Below are positions 39,971 to 53,998 of a DNA stretch of 62,810 bases, piece by piece. Under the pieces are notes generated by a model. The model had not been told where the DNA came from. It made no database searches and saw nothing but the letters and a program-made list of their open reading frames with translations. The stretch spans positions 245,861 through 308,670 of the forward strand of contig NW_018408657.1 of the NCBI RefSeq assembly GCF_002113885.1. The letters run 5' to 3'. The position numbers and the translations under genes are program-made. The stretch comes from Mizuhopecten yessoensis. Lineage: Eukaryota. Positions within the stretch are counted from its first letter, which is position 1, and each line of letters starts with the position of its first letter.

Positions 39971-41626
39971 TTGGTTTTATGTTGATCGTCATTTATATAG
40001 ACCTTACACACACAACACTGGTGTATTTTATACTGATGAAGATGATGTCAGAGAAACTGAACTGTTCTAGTTGAAATGACACTGATTGTTTACATTGTTA
40101 TGGTGACCTGTCCAGTGTAATCACGTGGTACCGTAACCGGCCTGTGATCAGATAGTGACAGCTGATCTTAGCGCACAGGTGTTTGACACACTTATATGAT
40201 AGGATGTGTATATACTATATAATATACATACACATCATATGATGATCGTGTACCCAGAGCCTGCGCGACAGCACAATTATTATCTAATGGTTTATATGTA
40301 CGTCAGTGCCAGTGGATACATATATATATAATTATATTGTCAAGTCACTGGGCAAACAATTCGGAATTACCAATTTCGAAGCCTTAACAGAAAAGTCGAA
40401 TAGATAAATGAATTAGAGCAAACATTAACAGCAATGTACCAGGCGTACAATTGTTTATCGTCAACTGTGATCAGTGTTTAGTACATGTATGTATTAATTT
40501 TATCTGGACCATCGACAGTCTGAAATCCCTTCTTCAAAACAAAATGTCAACTGTCATTCCTGTCATTGTCTTTGAACTACAGCTGTATGCCAATCCGTAC
40601 CCAGTTTTGGTGTCCCTCGTCTATTTGCAAGTACAGCACAGATGATGGCAACAAGCTTGTGATAAGTGCACAGTTAATGTCAGTTAATGGACAAAAGATT
40701 AGAGCACAGAAATTGGATCTCAAACACTATGTATTATATAATACTATACAGTAATTGTTACATACAAGTGTAGCATATTTATTGTATGAATGTTTTGTGT
40801 CAAGCTCAAGCAGTTAAATATCTGATGCTCTGTAAACAAAATCAATAATTGAACTGATAGTGGTCACAGACTGAATTGGCTAATCGATCGGTAAAGAGAC
40901 TGGTCAATTCTGATTTATCGATAAAGTTCAGTGAACTTATTTCATTGAAAAGCTATACAATTGAATGGTAATGTTACCTGGTCACCTGCTAACTCAACGA
41001 CAAAATGTAACTATATTACTAGAGAATATCCGACTGGGGACAACCAATCATATATAACAAACAAACCAGTACCCTAGCTATCAGCTGTACATTTTAAGTA
41101 CCTAATTAAAGTTATAACTTTATTGTACCTTTTTCACAAGTGCTGCTTTACTGGCTAAATGTAACTTTTGTGTACCTTTTTGTTTTCCAATAAAGTAATG
41201 ATTGAACTGAACAAAGTGTTTGAGTGTAACTTTTTAATACCTTTTTGTAACTTTTTAGTACTAGATTGAAACTCTCTTCTCACAAGGTTCCAATCTAGCA
41301 TCAAAAGTTATAACTTCTTTTGTACTTAAAAAGAAATAACTTTTTTGTAACTTTTTTCGGTATGGGCTATCATGTGATACTTAAAACATTTTGACTTCCA
41401 ACATTTGAGTAAATTTAAAGGAGCTCAAGGAAGTGATTGGTTGGTGTCAAGCCTTCCTATTACCTGTGGGGATATCATACCTGGTATATTTAACATTCAC
41501 TGGGTATCCAAAACATATCTTTTCGTAGAATCTGATGATATGGACAGTTCATCTTCTGTGCTATGTTTGATGAGATTAAATGACATTTTTTTGGCAGATC
41601 AATAGCTACCAGCAAGTGGTGAGGGG

Positions 41627-41836
41627 ATGGATGTTGTGCTACGTTACGCTGACAAGAGTGTACTTACACCTTACGTTTACCCGGACACGTGGCCCGAGGA
41701 TGACCCAATACGACAGGTGATCAGCCTACTCCTGGTGACAAACATTGGAGGATACCTGCTGTACCTCAGCACAGCCACTATCAGCTATCTCTTTATATTT
41801 GACAAACGTCTGATGGACCATCAACAGTTCCTGGAG
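41627..41836 (+). CDS. SC5D: SC5D coding exon 1 (210 nt)
   Basis: Acceptor at 41597, ATG at 41627, gag|gtgagt donor. Confidence 0.93.
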
Positions 41837-44800
41837 GTGAGTGTGAGAAATAGGGAAAGAATGTCGATATTTGAGCGGGACAAATGGGTGGTGATTGGAT
41901 TGAAGGGGTCAGTATATTTTGAAGTGTAGAGATTGGATTGAAGAGGTGGGTATTTGAGGTGTAGAGATTGGATTGGAGAGGTGGGTATTTGAGGTATAGA
42001 GATTGGATTGAAGAGGTGGGTATTTGAGGTGTAGAGATTGGATTGAAGAGGTGGGTATTTGAGGTATAGAGATTGGATTGAAGAGGTGGGTATTTGAGGT
42101 GTAGAGATTGGATTGGAGAGGTGGGTATTTGAGGTATAGAGATTGGATTGAAGAGGTGGGTATTTGAGGTGTAGAGATTGGATTGAAGAGGTGGGTATTT
42201 GAGGTATAGAGATTGGATTGAAGAGGTGGGTATTTGAGGTGTAGAGATTGGATTGAAGAGGTGGGTATTTGAGGTGTAGAGATTGGATTGAAGAGGTGGG
42301 TATTTGAGGTGTAGAGATTGGATTGAAGAGGTGGGTATTTGAGGTGTAGAGATTGGATTGAAGAGGTGGGTATTTGAGGTGTAGAGATTGGATTGAAGAG
42401 GTGGGTATTTGAGGTGTAGAGATTGGATTGAAGAGGTGGGTATTTGAGGTGTAGAGATTGGATTGAAGAGGTGGGTATTTGAGGTGTAGAGATTGGATTG
42501 AAGAGGTGGGTATTTGAGGTGTAGAGATTGGATTGAAGAGGTGGGTATTTGAGGTGTAGAGATTGGATTGGAGAGGTGGGTATTTGAGGTGTAGAGATTG
42601 GATTGGAGAGGTGGGTATTTGAGGTGTAGAGATTGGATTGGAGAGGTGGGTATTTGAGGTGTAGAGATTGGATTGGAGAGGTGGGTATTTGAGGTGTAGA
42701 GATTGGATTGGAGAGGTGGGTATTTGAGGTGTAGAGATTGGATTGGAGAGGTGGGTATTTGAGGTGTAGAGATTGGATTGGAGAGGTGGGTATTTGAGGT
42801 GTAGAGATTGGATTGGAGAGGTGGGTATTTGAGGTGTAGAGATTGGATTGGAGAGGTGGGTATTTGAGGTGTAGAGATTGGATTGGAGAGGTGGGTATTT
42901 GAGGTGTAGAGATTGGATTGAAGAGGTGGGTATTTGAGGTGGGGTGAGGACAGTGCAGTCATGATTCATCTCTGGTAACTATATATAGCTATCACTACAC
43001 AGGTTGCATGATTGTTTATGGAAATTAATACCTAGCTTTGTATGTAAGTAGTAAAGATGACCAAATAACCTTATATTTTACAATAACTTTATTTGTATCC
43101 ATCTACCGGGTATCTGAACAGAAAAACTGAAGCTTTGAATGAAGTGAATAGAAAGTGCTGTTCTGAAAAGTTAATTCCAAAAGTGATATTTTCACACTTT
43201 TCACACGAGTTATGTCCCTTCTTTTATTTTAGATACCAAAGTTTGTATGGTAATGGGGGTTTGCTTGCAATTATTTGTCTTGTTCTGAAAATTTCACATC
43301 TGTTTTACTAGTTTACTAGTGCATTTCATCTTATATATAAATAAAATAAGCAACAACAGACATGTCCACCACTGTAAATTCAGCACATGATTTAGATCCA
43401 GGGCTGACCATGACCCATTTTAATGATGTTGTGTGTTTATGGTTACAGAACCAGGTTAAGCTGGAGATCCTGTACACGCTCAAATCTGTTCCTCTGATGA
43501 GTCTACCGACCGTTCTTCTGTTCTTTTTGGAGGTTAGAGGTCACAGCAAACTCTATGATGATGTAGGCACATCCAAATTAAGTAAGTCGTACACCACAAA
43601 CAGTCTGCTAATTATACAATGATAACGTGAGCAGATCCAAACTATGTACATGTATCTATAACTCCTACCAAACATACACTCTTGTGATGTGGGGAATGTT
43701 TGTTTCCTCAGAGTTCTAGCATCCTCGTAGCACTTAAGGTAAAAAAGACAGTGTGAACAGATAATTGGTAATGAGCAGGACTTGACATAAGTGAGCAGGA
43801 CTTGACATAAGTGAGCAGGACTTGACATAAGTGAGCAGGATTAGATATAAGTGAGCAGGACTTGACATAAGTGAGCAGGACTAGATATAAGTGAGCTGGA
43901 CCAGAGATAAGTGAGCTGGACTAGAGATAAATGAGCAGGACTTGACATAAGTGAGCAGGATTAGATATAAGTGAGCTGGACTAGAGATAAGTGAGCTGGA
44001 CAAGAGATAAGTGAGCTGGACTAGAGATAAATGAGCAGGACTTGACAGAAGTGAGCAGGATTAGATATAAGTGAGCTGGACTAGAGATAAGTGAGCAGGA
44101 TGAGATATAAGTGAGCAGGACTTGACAGAAGTGAGCAGGACTAGAGATAATTGAGCTGAACTAGAGATAAGTGAGCAGGATTAGATTTAAGTGAGCAGGA
44201 TTAGATATAAGTGAGCTGGACTAGAGATAAGTGAGCAGGATGAGATATAAGTGAGCAGGACTTGACAGAAGTGAGCAGGACTAGAGATAATTGAGCTGGA
44301 CTAGAGATAAGTGAGCAGGACTAGATATAAGTGAGCAGGACTTGACATAAGTGAGCAGGACTTGACATAAGTGAGCAGGACTTGACATAAGTGAGCAGGA
44401 TTAGATATAAGTGAGCTGGACTAGAGATAAGTGAGCAGGATTAGATATAAGTGAGCAGGATTAGATATAAGTGAGCAGGACTAGAGATAATTGAGCTGGA
44501 CTAGAGATAAGTGAGCAGGATTAGATATAAGGTAGCAGGATTAGATATAAGTGAGCAGGATTAGATATAAGTGAGCTGGACTAGAGATTAGTGAGCAGGA
44601 CTAGATATAAGTGAGCAGGATTAGATATAAATGAGCAGGACTAGATTATAAGTGAGCTGGACTAGAGATAAGTGAGCTGGACTAGAGATAAGTGAGCAGG
44701 ATCAGATATAAGTGAGCAGGATAAGATATAAGTGAGCAGGATTAGATATAAGTGAGCAGGACTAGATATAAGTGAGCTGGACTAGATATAAGTGAGCAGG

Positions 44801-45691
44801 ATTAGATATAAGTGAGCAGGATTAGATATAAGTGGGCAGGATTAGACATAAGTGAGCAGGATTAGATATAAATGAGCAGGATTAGGTATAAGTGAGCAGG
44901 ACTTGATATAAGTGAGCTGGACTAGAGATAAGTGAGCAGGAGTATAGTATTTATATAATCAAAAGAAAAAACCTTGATGTGAAGTAAATGTCATACAGGT
45001 CAAATTTGTTAGAACATTAACAACTTCCTCTGAAGAACCAAAAGGCTAAGGATGATAACAATAAGCCCCTTTGACTTCTTGCCGTGTTAGAATTTCATGA
45101 TCAAACAGATATTTATACTTTTATAAAGCTGTGGTGTGTGTTATAGGTTGGTTGTTTGTTCTGACCAGTGTGGCTACATTCATCCTGTTTACTGACATGT
45201 GTATCTACTGGATTCACCGATTTCTCCACCATCGCTCCATCTACAAGTACATACACAAGGATCACCACCGCTGGAAGGTACCCACACCGTATGCCAGCCA
45301 TGCGTTCCACCCCCTGGATGGTTTCCTGCAGAGCTGCCCTTACCACATCTATGTGTTCCTCTTCCCCCTCCACAAGTACACCTACCTTGCACTCTTTGTT
45401 TTTGTCAACATCTGGACTGTGTCAATCCATGACGGTGACTATAGGGTACCTCAGATATTGAAGCCTGTTGTCAATGGGTCAGCCCATCATACTGACCATC
45501 ATCTCTTCTACAGCTACAATTACGGTCAATTCTTCACCCTCTGGGACCGTATAGGAGGCTCCTTCAGGAATCCCAGTGCGTTTGAAGGCAAGGGGCTTTT
45601 AGAGGAGATGCTCAAGGCACAGGCTTCAAAAGGACCGCAGACAAATGGCCATGCTAGCAATGGAATTGTAAAAAATGGGAAAATGGAGTAA
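41627..45691 (+). CDS. SC5D: Lathosterol oxidase / sterol C5-desaturase (ERG3 family), 295 aa; join(41627..41836,43449..43581,45147..45691)
   Basis: MDVVL...TPYVYP..WPEDD start, EVRGHSKLYD, His boxes HRFLH, HKDHH and HTDHH, SHAFHPLDG, NYGQFFTLWDR; GT-AG introns with phases 0 and 1. Confidence 0.95.
41890..42943. repeat. 35-bp minisatellite (gaggtgtagagattggattgaagaggtgggtattt), about 29 copies
   Basis: Visible directly; a/g variant switches in blocks along the array. Confidence 0.97.
43449..43581 (+). CDS. SC5D: SC5D coding exon 2 (133 nt)
   Basis: ttacag| acceptor, a|gtaagt donor; NQVKLEI...EVRGHSKLYDD. Confidence 0.93.
43770..44941. repeat. 20-bp minisatellite (ataagtgagcaggactagat), about 58 copies
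   Basis: Exact 20-bp register with one 1-bp slip at ~44646. Confidence 0.97.
45147..45691 (+). CDS. SC5D: SC5D coding exon 3 (His boxes, TAA stop)
   Basis: ttatag| acceptor, phase 1. Confidence 0.95.
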
Positions 45692-46271
45692 TGGAAAGCC
45701 TGTTTCAACTTGTAATATACTATCACAGAAAATCTGCAAACCTCACTTTGAGCTGGTCAGTGGGAGCTGTATGTTGAACCATTTAGATACATATGTGAAG
45801 CATCCCTTAAGCTGATCCCTCCCACACAAATCACACATCTCACTTTTGGAAAAGCGTGGTAACATTGGTGACATGGTAGAATTACTGATAATAATCCTTA
45901 TATGACTTAAAGATTAATTTACTCCAGCATTACAAGTGGCTTTACAGGTACATACTAGCCAGTACAACGTGATATTGGGAGGACTATCGATCATATTTGT
46001 TAATAGATCCATGTTATATTTGTGGAAAGTTGTTAATTCTGTTTTATATTTATAAAGTTAATGTTTTGAGAAGGAAATGTATCTTCTTATTTTGCCAAAA
46101 GCTTCTTTTCCAGCTGAGATATTTTTTTTGATCTTTGTATGTGAAAGAACACTAAGATTTCTCTTTATAATTAGCATTAAAATGTGATGAATTATTTAGT
46201 GATTGTTAACAGTGATTCAAGTATTGATGAACTGTATTGTTTTACCATTATTATTTCTCCCACCTCGAAGT

Positions 46272-46730
46272 ACAAACAGTGCCCCATACAAAACACTTAC
46301 GTGTGACACAAACAGTGCCCCATACAAGACACTTACGTGTGACACAAACAGTGCCCCATACAAAACGCTTACATGTGACACAAACAGTGCCCCTTACAAA
46401 ACACTTACGTGTGACACAAACAGTGGCCATTACAAAACACTTACATGTGACACAAACAGCGCCCCTTACAAAACACTTGCGTGTGACACAAACAGTTCCC
46501 CATACAAAACGCTTACATGTGACACAAACAGCGCCCCTTACAAAACACTTGCGTGTGACACAAACAGTCCCCCATACAAAACACTTACTGGTGACACAAA
46601 CAGTGCCTCTTACAAAACACTTACGCGTGACACAAACAGTACCCCATACAAAACACTTACATGTGACACAAACAGTGCCCCATACAAAACACTTATGTGT
46701 GACACAAACAGTGCCCCATACAAAACACTT
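46272..46730. repeat. 36-bp minisatellite (acaaacagtgccccatacaaaacacttacgtgtgac), about 13 copies, probably in the SC5D 3' UTR
   Basis: Visible directly. Confidence 0.93.
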
Positions 46731-49380
46731 TCACTCCTATTACACAGATATCCTCACCTCTTGTCAGGGAGAGATATTTCTGTCTTATCCTGGGGTAAAG
46801 ACGAAGATTCTCCTGTCATAACAATTGTGTGATGTCGCGTCTACGATTCACTGACGTCACGTCAACAGTAGCAGATAAAGGTTGGATTACTCAAATGTGC
46901 TTGATATTATGCAGTCAACGTTTGCATTTCATGAAGTTACCACATATATATTTGATATGGAAGAAAAATAATCATACCCCACTTTAGGTGTAAGACTGAA
47001 AAATCTCAGCTCTCGTAGTAAGATTCTAAAATGTCTGGCCCTAGACAAAGGCTCGGGGTAAATATTTGGATTGAAATTTTTTCTGTCCTACAAAGTGGGG
47101 AAAGATTTTATAAGTCTCATCCTAGGGTTGAGATGGGGGTATGGCAATACTACGGTGTCATGAAGCCGGGGACCAAAACATTGTTTGACCTGACTTTATA
47201 CCAGAGCTGTACCTGGACTCCAGTCTCGGTTCTTGTTCAGTGATCACTTCTGTTCATTAAGACATTGTAGTTTAAACTGTTTCGGCATTGTTTTGTCTGT
47301 CATTGTGTTAGGTTCTAATTTTCAGGAAGCAGATGGAGCATTAATTAAGAAATTGTCATTATGTTTTACAGAAATTATCATTATGTATTAAGTGTGGATA
47401 TTGCCAGCAATATTCAGGCAATATATCACAATATAAAATGATTTTATTAAGATTATATGAAAAGTGATCACCAGTTCATCAAGCTTCAATGAGAAGTTGA
47501 AAAGTAATCTATATAGTTTTGAAAATTATCGCACCAAGCAAGCTTAATTTGAACAATACCAATCTAATATGTTAACATTATTTCTGGGATATCATTACAC
47601 AATTGTGATTCTAAGCAATTGGTTTAAAAATCATTGCAATTTATTGCCATTTAAAATTAATATTGCAGTATATATATATATTTCTGGACAAAAATTGTAA
47701 TATAGGTTATTGTGATATTATTGGTAACAAGTATGATTTATATGACAGACTGTGTCTGTGCAATAATCCCCGGTGACATCTCGTACAGACAAGTACCTCT
47801 GTGTTGGTTACCTTGTGTATAGACTGTGATAGTAGATATCTATATGACAGATATTTATATGACATTAATGTATATCATCACACATGTGTACTTCATCCTT
47901 CTCCATGTGTCCACATGGTACATCTTTTAGAGCGATGTTTTGATCTCGGCATTAGTATGTATGTTTTCAGTTACATTCAGTGCTATGATTTACCTTGTTG
48001 AAGAGACTTCCATTTGTAATTTGAACTTGTTGAAAAATATTCATAAACATTAATTTAAAGTCTTTGTGGTAATTTACAGTTGTCATTATATTATAAAAAA
48101 GACAAGTTATTTTTATATTATAAGCTGATATACAATATGATCTCTTTGTGAGGAATTTGTGATATTTTAGGCTCACGTGGCATTTTGTCAGGGTGTAGAT
48201 TCTGTCACTATTTGCTTTAAGCAATTTCAAAGAAAGATTTTACCCATCACAATTACTTATCTTATATTCGCCCACCCCTGTGTTTGTTATCTTTTACTCT
48301 CTCACCCCTGTGTATGCTAATCTTTTACTCTCCCACCCCTGCAATGCTATCTTTTATTTTACCATCCCTGTGTACGCTATCTTTTATTCTTTATTACTAT
48401 GTCATATTGTTAACATGTGCAATGTTTCACATCCTTTCAATTTCAACCTACTTAAATACTATTGTTTTCATTGTTAATGTTTGTAATTCCTGTTAAAAAA
48501 TATTTCTACATTTGCATAATATTTATAAGAAAAGAATATTTAGAGGTGATTTAAGAAATACTTACACCAGTCAATCAGCAGTTGAGCAGTTCTTAATGTA
48601 ACAATCAAGTCAGAGGTCACAATATTAAGTGTATATTTTCTTACTACAGTCATGGGAATTTGGTTTGTTGAAATAAATGTCCTTGACCTTTCAATGTCAC
48701 AGAGGTCGAAAAAGTTCGAAATTTCAAATGACATCTTCTCATGAACTGCAATGTGTGGCGTAGTGATACTTGTCATATATATCAAAATTTGACCTGAAGC
48801 CTGTAGTGGTTTTGCCTTTGGTAAAGGGTTAACCTGTTTGTTTACCTTGACCTGTAGCTTGCTGGTTTAAAACACTGTCCTTATAAGTGACCTTGACTCA
48901 CATTCAAGGTCACAGGATAAAATGTATTTGAAACTTCAAACAGCTCCTTCTAAAAAACTACAAACTGTAAATATTGATTGTCGGTCTGTAACTTTAGGAT
49001 GACTGACTTTATGAATTCCAGGTTGCTCGAACAGATCCTGATCTGACAGAAGCTGTTTTAGCTTTAAGTATATTTTCGAATACAGTACTATCAAATAACA
49101 TGATACATATACGGGTCTCGTGTTTCTTTTGATTTTAAAGTTCAGAAATTGATTTCATCTTCATCATTTGCAATATATTTCTGTAATTAGTGTCCTGTTT
49201 GAGTCCACTGTGTGTAGTAATGTTTTGTATTAAACACGAGCAGAATAATTGTATTCTCTGTTGGATTTTCTTAATAAATATCATGAAAAAAAAACCATTA
49301 CTTGCGTTTTCCTTTAATCACTTTATGGATATATTGAAGATAGTAGTATATTTTATATTTAATTAAATGGTGGGGTATTA

Positions 49381-49870
49381 TCCAGGGTTTACGCTCACTT
49401 TCACTCTCAGCACCCCTGGAATATTGTCACAGCAAAATGGAAGACTGTGTGCACCAACCGCCTCGTTGATGAGACGAGAAGACTAGTTTAATTAATCCTT
49501 TGATGTACATTTACATCAAAAAATCTCGCGGTCGCGTAACAGTAAAACTAGCCCGAGTCTTCTCTGGCGCTAACACCAGACTTAGACGTTTGACACCAGA
49601 CATCTACATTTATATGTCAAATGTCTTAAGTCATGTGTTAGGGCCAGAGGAAACTCGGGCTACAGTAAAACTTATTGGCTTTGAAGTCGGGCGTCGCTCC
49701 TCTGTAGGACAAATATCAGCCTAGTGATTGGTATGCTAATTTGGATCCAACCCTAACCCTAGGGTATAGGCTGTTTTACCCAACACCAATCAAGTAGTTA
49801 GCGTGTGCCTTCAATTTTGCAATGACATATTCCAGGGGTGTAGAGAGCGAAAGTGAGCATAATCCCTGGA
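49381..49870. mobile_element. MITE, 490 bp, ~62-bp TIRs, TA-flanked
   Basis: tccagggtttacgctcactttcactctcagcacccctggaa... versus the reverse complement of ...ttccaggggtgtagagagcgaaagtgagcataatccctgga; ta on both sides. Confidence 0.8.
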
Positions 49871-50100
49871 TATGAGGATGTGGGGTATTATGTCCTACAG
49901 AAGACCGATATCTATTCAGCCTTTATACAAGCCAGGATTCTTGGAGACCATTCTGTGAGTTTTACAATCATTTTAAGGAAATTGAGGCTCAAATAAGGGA
50001 TGTTTTATTTGCGGCATTTTTCACAGCAAAAAATCTTATCCTATTCAACTAAATCAATGAAATAGAGTAAAAAATCATTAAGTAAGGAACTTTGTTTTGA

Positions 50101-50924
50101 TTTTTAGCTCACCTGCCCAAGTGAGCTTATGTCATGGTGTGGCGTCCATCGTCAGTCCGTCATCCTTCAACTTTTCCTTTAAACAACTTCTTCTAAAGAA
50201 CGGACAGGCCTAGAGTCATGATATTTGGCTGAAAGCTTTGTTGGTAGGAGCCTGACAAAGTTTGAGAACGAAAATGACCTTGACCTACTTTCAAGGTCAC
50301 AGGGGTCAAATATGTCAAAAACTTCAAACAACTTCTTTTGAAGAACTAAAAGGTATAGAATCTTCATATTTGGCTGGTGGCTTTCTGGGATAGACCCCAA
50401 GAAAGTTTGGGAATGAAAATTAGTTTGACCTACTTTCAAGGTCACAGGGGTCAAATATGTCAAATGCTTCAAATGACTTCTTCTGAAGAACTGAAAGGTA
50501 TATAATCTTTATATTTGATTGATGGCTTCCTGGGATAGAGCCCGACAAAGTTTGGGAACGAAAATGACCTCAACCTACTTTAGAGGTCACAGAGGTCAAC
50601 AGCATTTTAAATAATTTGTTCTTAGGAACTAAAAGAAATGGATTCATAAAATTTGGCTGGTAGCTTTTTGGAATAGAGCTAACCAATTTGAGAAGGAAAA
50701 TGACATTGACCTACTTACAAGGTCACAGGGCAAAATATGTCCAGCAACTTCTGAAGAAGAATAAAAAAGCATAGAATCTTATAATAATACTTGACTGGTA
50801 GTTTCAATGGAGCCGACAAAGTTTGTGAGGGAAATATTCGAGTGCAATACAATATTTAATGAGAATACTTTGCTATGACTGCTTAAATATTCAGGTGAGC
50901 GATACAGGCCCTCTATGCCTCTTG
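50101..50924 (+). mobile_element. Helentron-type non-autonomous element with ~149-bp internal tandem repeats
   Basis: tttttagctcacctg...gtgagct, gtcc tract, repeated gacctactttcaaggtcacagggg, 3' caggtgagcgatacaggccctct. Confidence 0.75.
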
Positions 50925-52060
50925 CATTATAAAACACATACCACGTACAGGGGTTGGTTACAAATGTCTGAAATACAGGTATATGCTATACTGTTATGGG
51001 TCACAGCACACATAAACATACACATATATGTTTGTGTGTGCTGCGACCCATAATTATCAGTATATATAGCAAATGTGTATTTCAGACATTTGTAACGAAC
51101 CCCTGTGCACATACCATGACTGATGTAGTACTGACCCCTAACCATAAACATGAAGTTAACGGATACGTGATTCATGTCCTTTCTTAAATAAGAAGTCTTG
51201 TGATGAACTCATAAGACGGGTCAGAGAAGTTACTTCTACAAGGTCGAGTATACGATGTCTGCTTAACGCCGCGCAACCATTACATTTCATTCATAAAATC
51301 AGGGACGTATTCTCTGTAATATATACGTCTCTGATACAATGTAGTGACTTCATTTTGTGGGTAGCCAACGAATGCCGGAGAACACATTCAGTATTATTTT
51401 CGGTATTGTCGGAAGCATTTGAAAAACAAAAAAAAATCATGTATAGTATAAGAATTAATCAATTTATTCTGATATATATTTCTGTACGATACCTTACTTG
51501 CTCATTTGTGTGCTTCTAGGAGCGGTAATTTCCTTTGATCATCCGCTAACAGTAAGTCTATGCTCTGATCTACTTTGTAATACTGTCGGTCAATATAAAG
51601 AAATGTTCTGATTCAAATAACTTTGTAAGTTTACTCGCAATTGCTCCCTCGAAAGATTGACGCCTTTGTGATGTTGAATTTTAAATAAAGTGTGATCACC
51701 ATTGTTCAACATGTTGTAAGCGTGGCCCAAACAGAAAACCACAATGTGTACATATCATCCCTTATTCGTATCGAAACTCAAACTGACCAAGTATAACAAC
51801 AACCTGCGCACCCTATATGTATCAGGTTGGTTGATTCAGTTGACTGGTTTCTATATATCGATACCGACGGTAATGACTGTAAAAAGTATTAAGGTGGCTC
51901 GACACATCGTCATCAGCGTCCATTTTCGTGACATACTTCCGGAAAAAGTACAGCTAGGACTCAATTATCTTAATCGAAATGTGCATGTACACCGTGTCGT
52001 CATTTCCGTATTGCGTATCGGGCATTCAATATCGTAGTGCAAATTATAGTAACACCTGCT

Positions 52061-52274
52061 GGGCCGTTTTCGTTTAAACGGTCAAACCGATCGGACCACT
52101 GTTGTTCGTTTATTAAATAAGGTCGGACCTAGTAATCTGATGCTGCTTTCAGGCGAGTCTTGAGAAAGCCTTGCAAGGCCTGCATACACATTTGCAGGTC
52201 CGCCAGGATTTACACCCGAAATTGTTACATTTATAAACGGTCAAACCGGTTGTTCCGCATAAACGAACAGGCCC
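52061..52274. mobile_element. Probable MITE (gggccgttttcgttta / taaacgaacaggccc)
   Basis: Imperfect TIRs, repeated aaacggtcaaaccg, central palindrome gccttgcaaggc. Confidence 0.5.
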
Positions 52275-52437
52275 ATGGTAAACAATAGTACACGTGCGTG
52301 CCGATGATATGTCAACACCCGATATCAAGATTTTACCGGGAAATGTATACTCACACGTACTTCAGGAATAAAGCTTTCCAATTCATAGACATAAACAGAC
52401 TCACGGGAAGACAGTGACATGAGACCAGACGACCTCA

Positions 52438-52536
52438 NNNNNNNNNNNNNNNNNNNNNNNNNNNNNNNNNNNNNNNNNNNNNNNNNNNNNNNNNNNNNNN
52501 NNNNNNNNNNNNNNNNNNNNNNNNNNNNNNNNNNNN
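52438..52536. other. Assembly gap (99 N)
   Basis: Run of N; adjacency across it is not proven. Confidence 1.
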
Positions 52537-53920
52537 AGGAAGATAACTCTCACCCGGATCAAAGTGATTGTAAAATGTAAAATAAATTAATTATAAAGCC
52601 ATTGTGTATATTTTGTTCAATTTCCCACTCTATATGTATAGAACTTTGTGTCCTGGGTGCTTTTAGCTTGTAGATAATCACTTTTATCCGTACAAATTCA
52701 ATAAAAAACACTTTGTGTAACATGTGTTACATATTTTGCGATAAATAAAATATTTGTAGGGTTAATTAGAAATGCTTCTTTTCATTTTATTATTGTTGTT
52801 ATTGTTCCGAACAATGCCACACACAAAAAAAACCGGAAAATATTAGAATTGACGAAAATTCAATTTTTTGGTATTTTTTCCAAAAAATTCCCCAAACTAT
52901 CGGAATGTTTAGATTTTCATAATTCATAACTCGACATAGTTGCATAACAATTATATGAAAGTTTCAACGAATTTTGCTGGTTAATTGCGAAAGTGTGGAG
53001 CCACCTTAACAGCTCGAAGATTTTTCCCCATTTTAAAACAATCAAAAACACAAAAAAATCCCGGGGGAGACTCCCCTCCTGATAAGGCTATAGCACCTAA
53101 CGTTTCCTCCTCACCGGATTTTCCTTATTGGCTGTTGCATTTTGCGACAGTACACGGGACCCCCAATATGGGTATTGAACCTTTTATTGGTATGTCCTGG
53201 AATTAACACTATATATTTCAGGTTGTAAACAATTAGCAAAAGCAAATGATTCGTATATAGTGATGAAAATACAATATGTTTTAATAACATTTCTTGAGTC
53301 GGGTATGGTTGAGGGAAATTATGTCATCAGACATGTTTAAGGTTGGCCTGAAGATTGTCCACGAGATGTATACGAATTAAGGATAAATATTTCATCAAAT
53401 TCGATAAATTTAAAAGGTGTTTAACCTGCCTCTCAACTGACTGTGTTGTGTTCCTTTTTCCTAAAATATTACTATTTATAAATATTACAATTTTAAGAAA
53501 GCATGTAGATCTATTTATCTATATATCTAGATCTGCAACACCCTCTTTCGAGTATTATGTGCAGCGTAAATCTGGAGTACTTTCAGTACTTTGATTATTT
53601 AAGATGTTCTGGGCAGTATATCACTTCTTGAAATATGTGCAGTCACTCCTAACCTTTCATGAAATCGTAACAAAAGGGCAAACATGGCAGAAGGTACAAA
53701 GACAAAATTTAAAAATTCTTAATTTTAAGGTAACGTTATGCTTGTTATTTTTTTTTAAAGTGCCTCTGCGTAAATCCTGGCAGGGCTGCAAATGTTAATG
53801 CAAAGGAACAAGTTATAAATCTATGTCAAAGCTCACTAAAAATTTCATAAACGAACAATTCGGGTCTAATCGGTAAAACGGGTTGAAACGCAATTAAGGA
53901 AATCGGCCCAATATTGCGAG

Positions 53921-53998
53921 CAATCGGGAACCGTCGGCACTTTCCGTAAACGAGAAAATATTTTCTAGTTTACGGAAAGTGCCGACGGTTTCCGATTG
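53921..53998. repeat. 78-bp spacerless palindrome (39-bp arms, 2 mismatches) plus a third partial arm at 54018-54043
   Basis: caatcgggaaccgtcggcactttccgtaaacgagaaaat|attttctagtttacggaaagtgccgacggtttccgattg. Confidence 0.95.

Noticed and set aside
51519-51557. Small exon-like segment (cttctag|...aca|gtaagt) before the assembly gap
   Set aside because: Splice-like motifs only; no ORF or partner exon can be linked and the gap follows.
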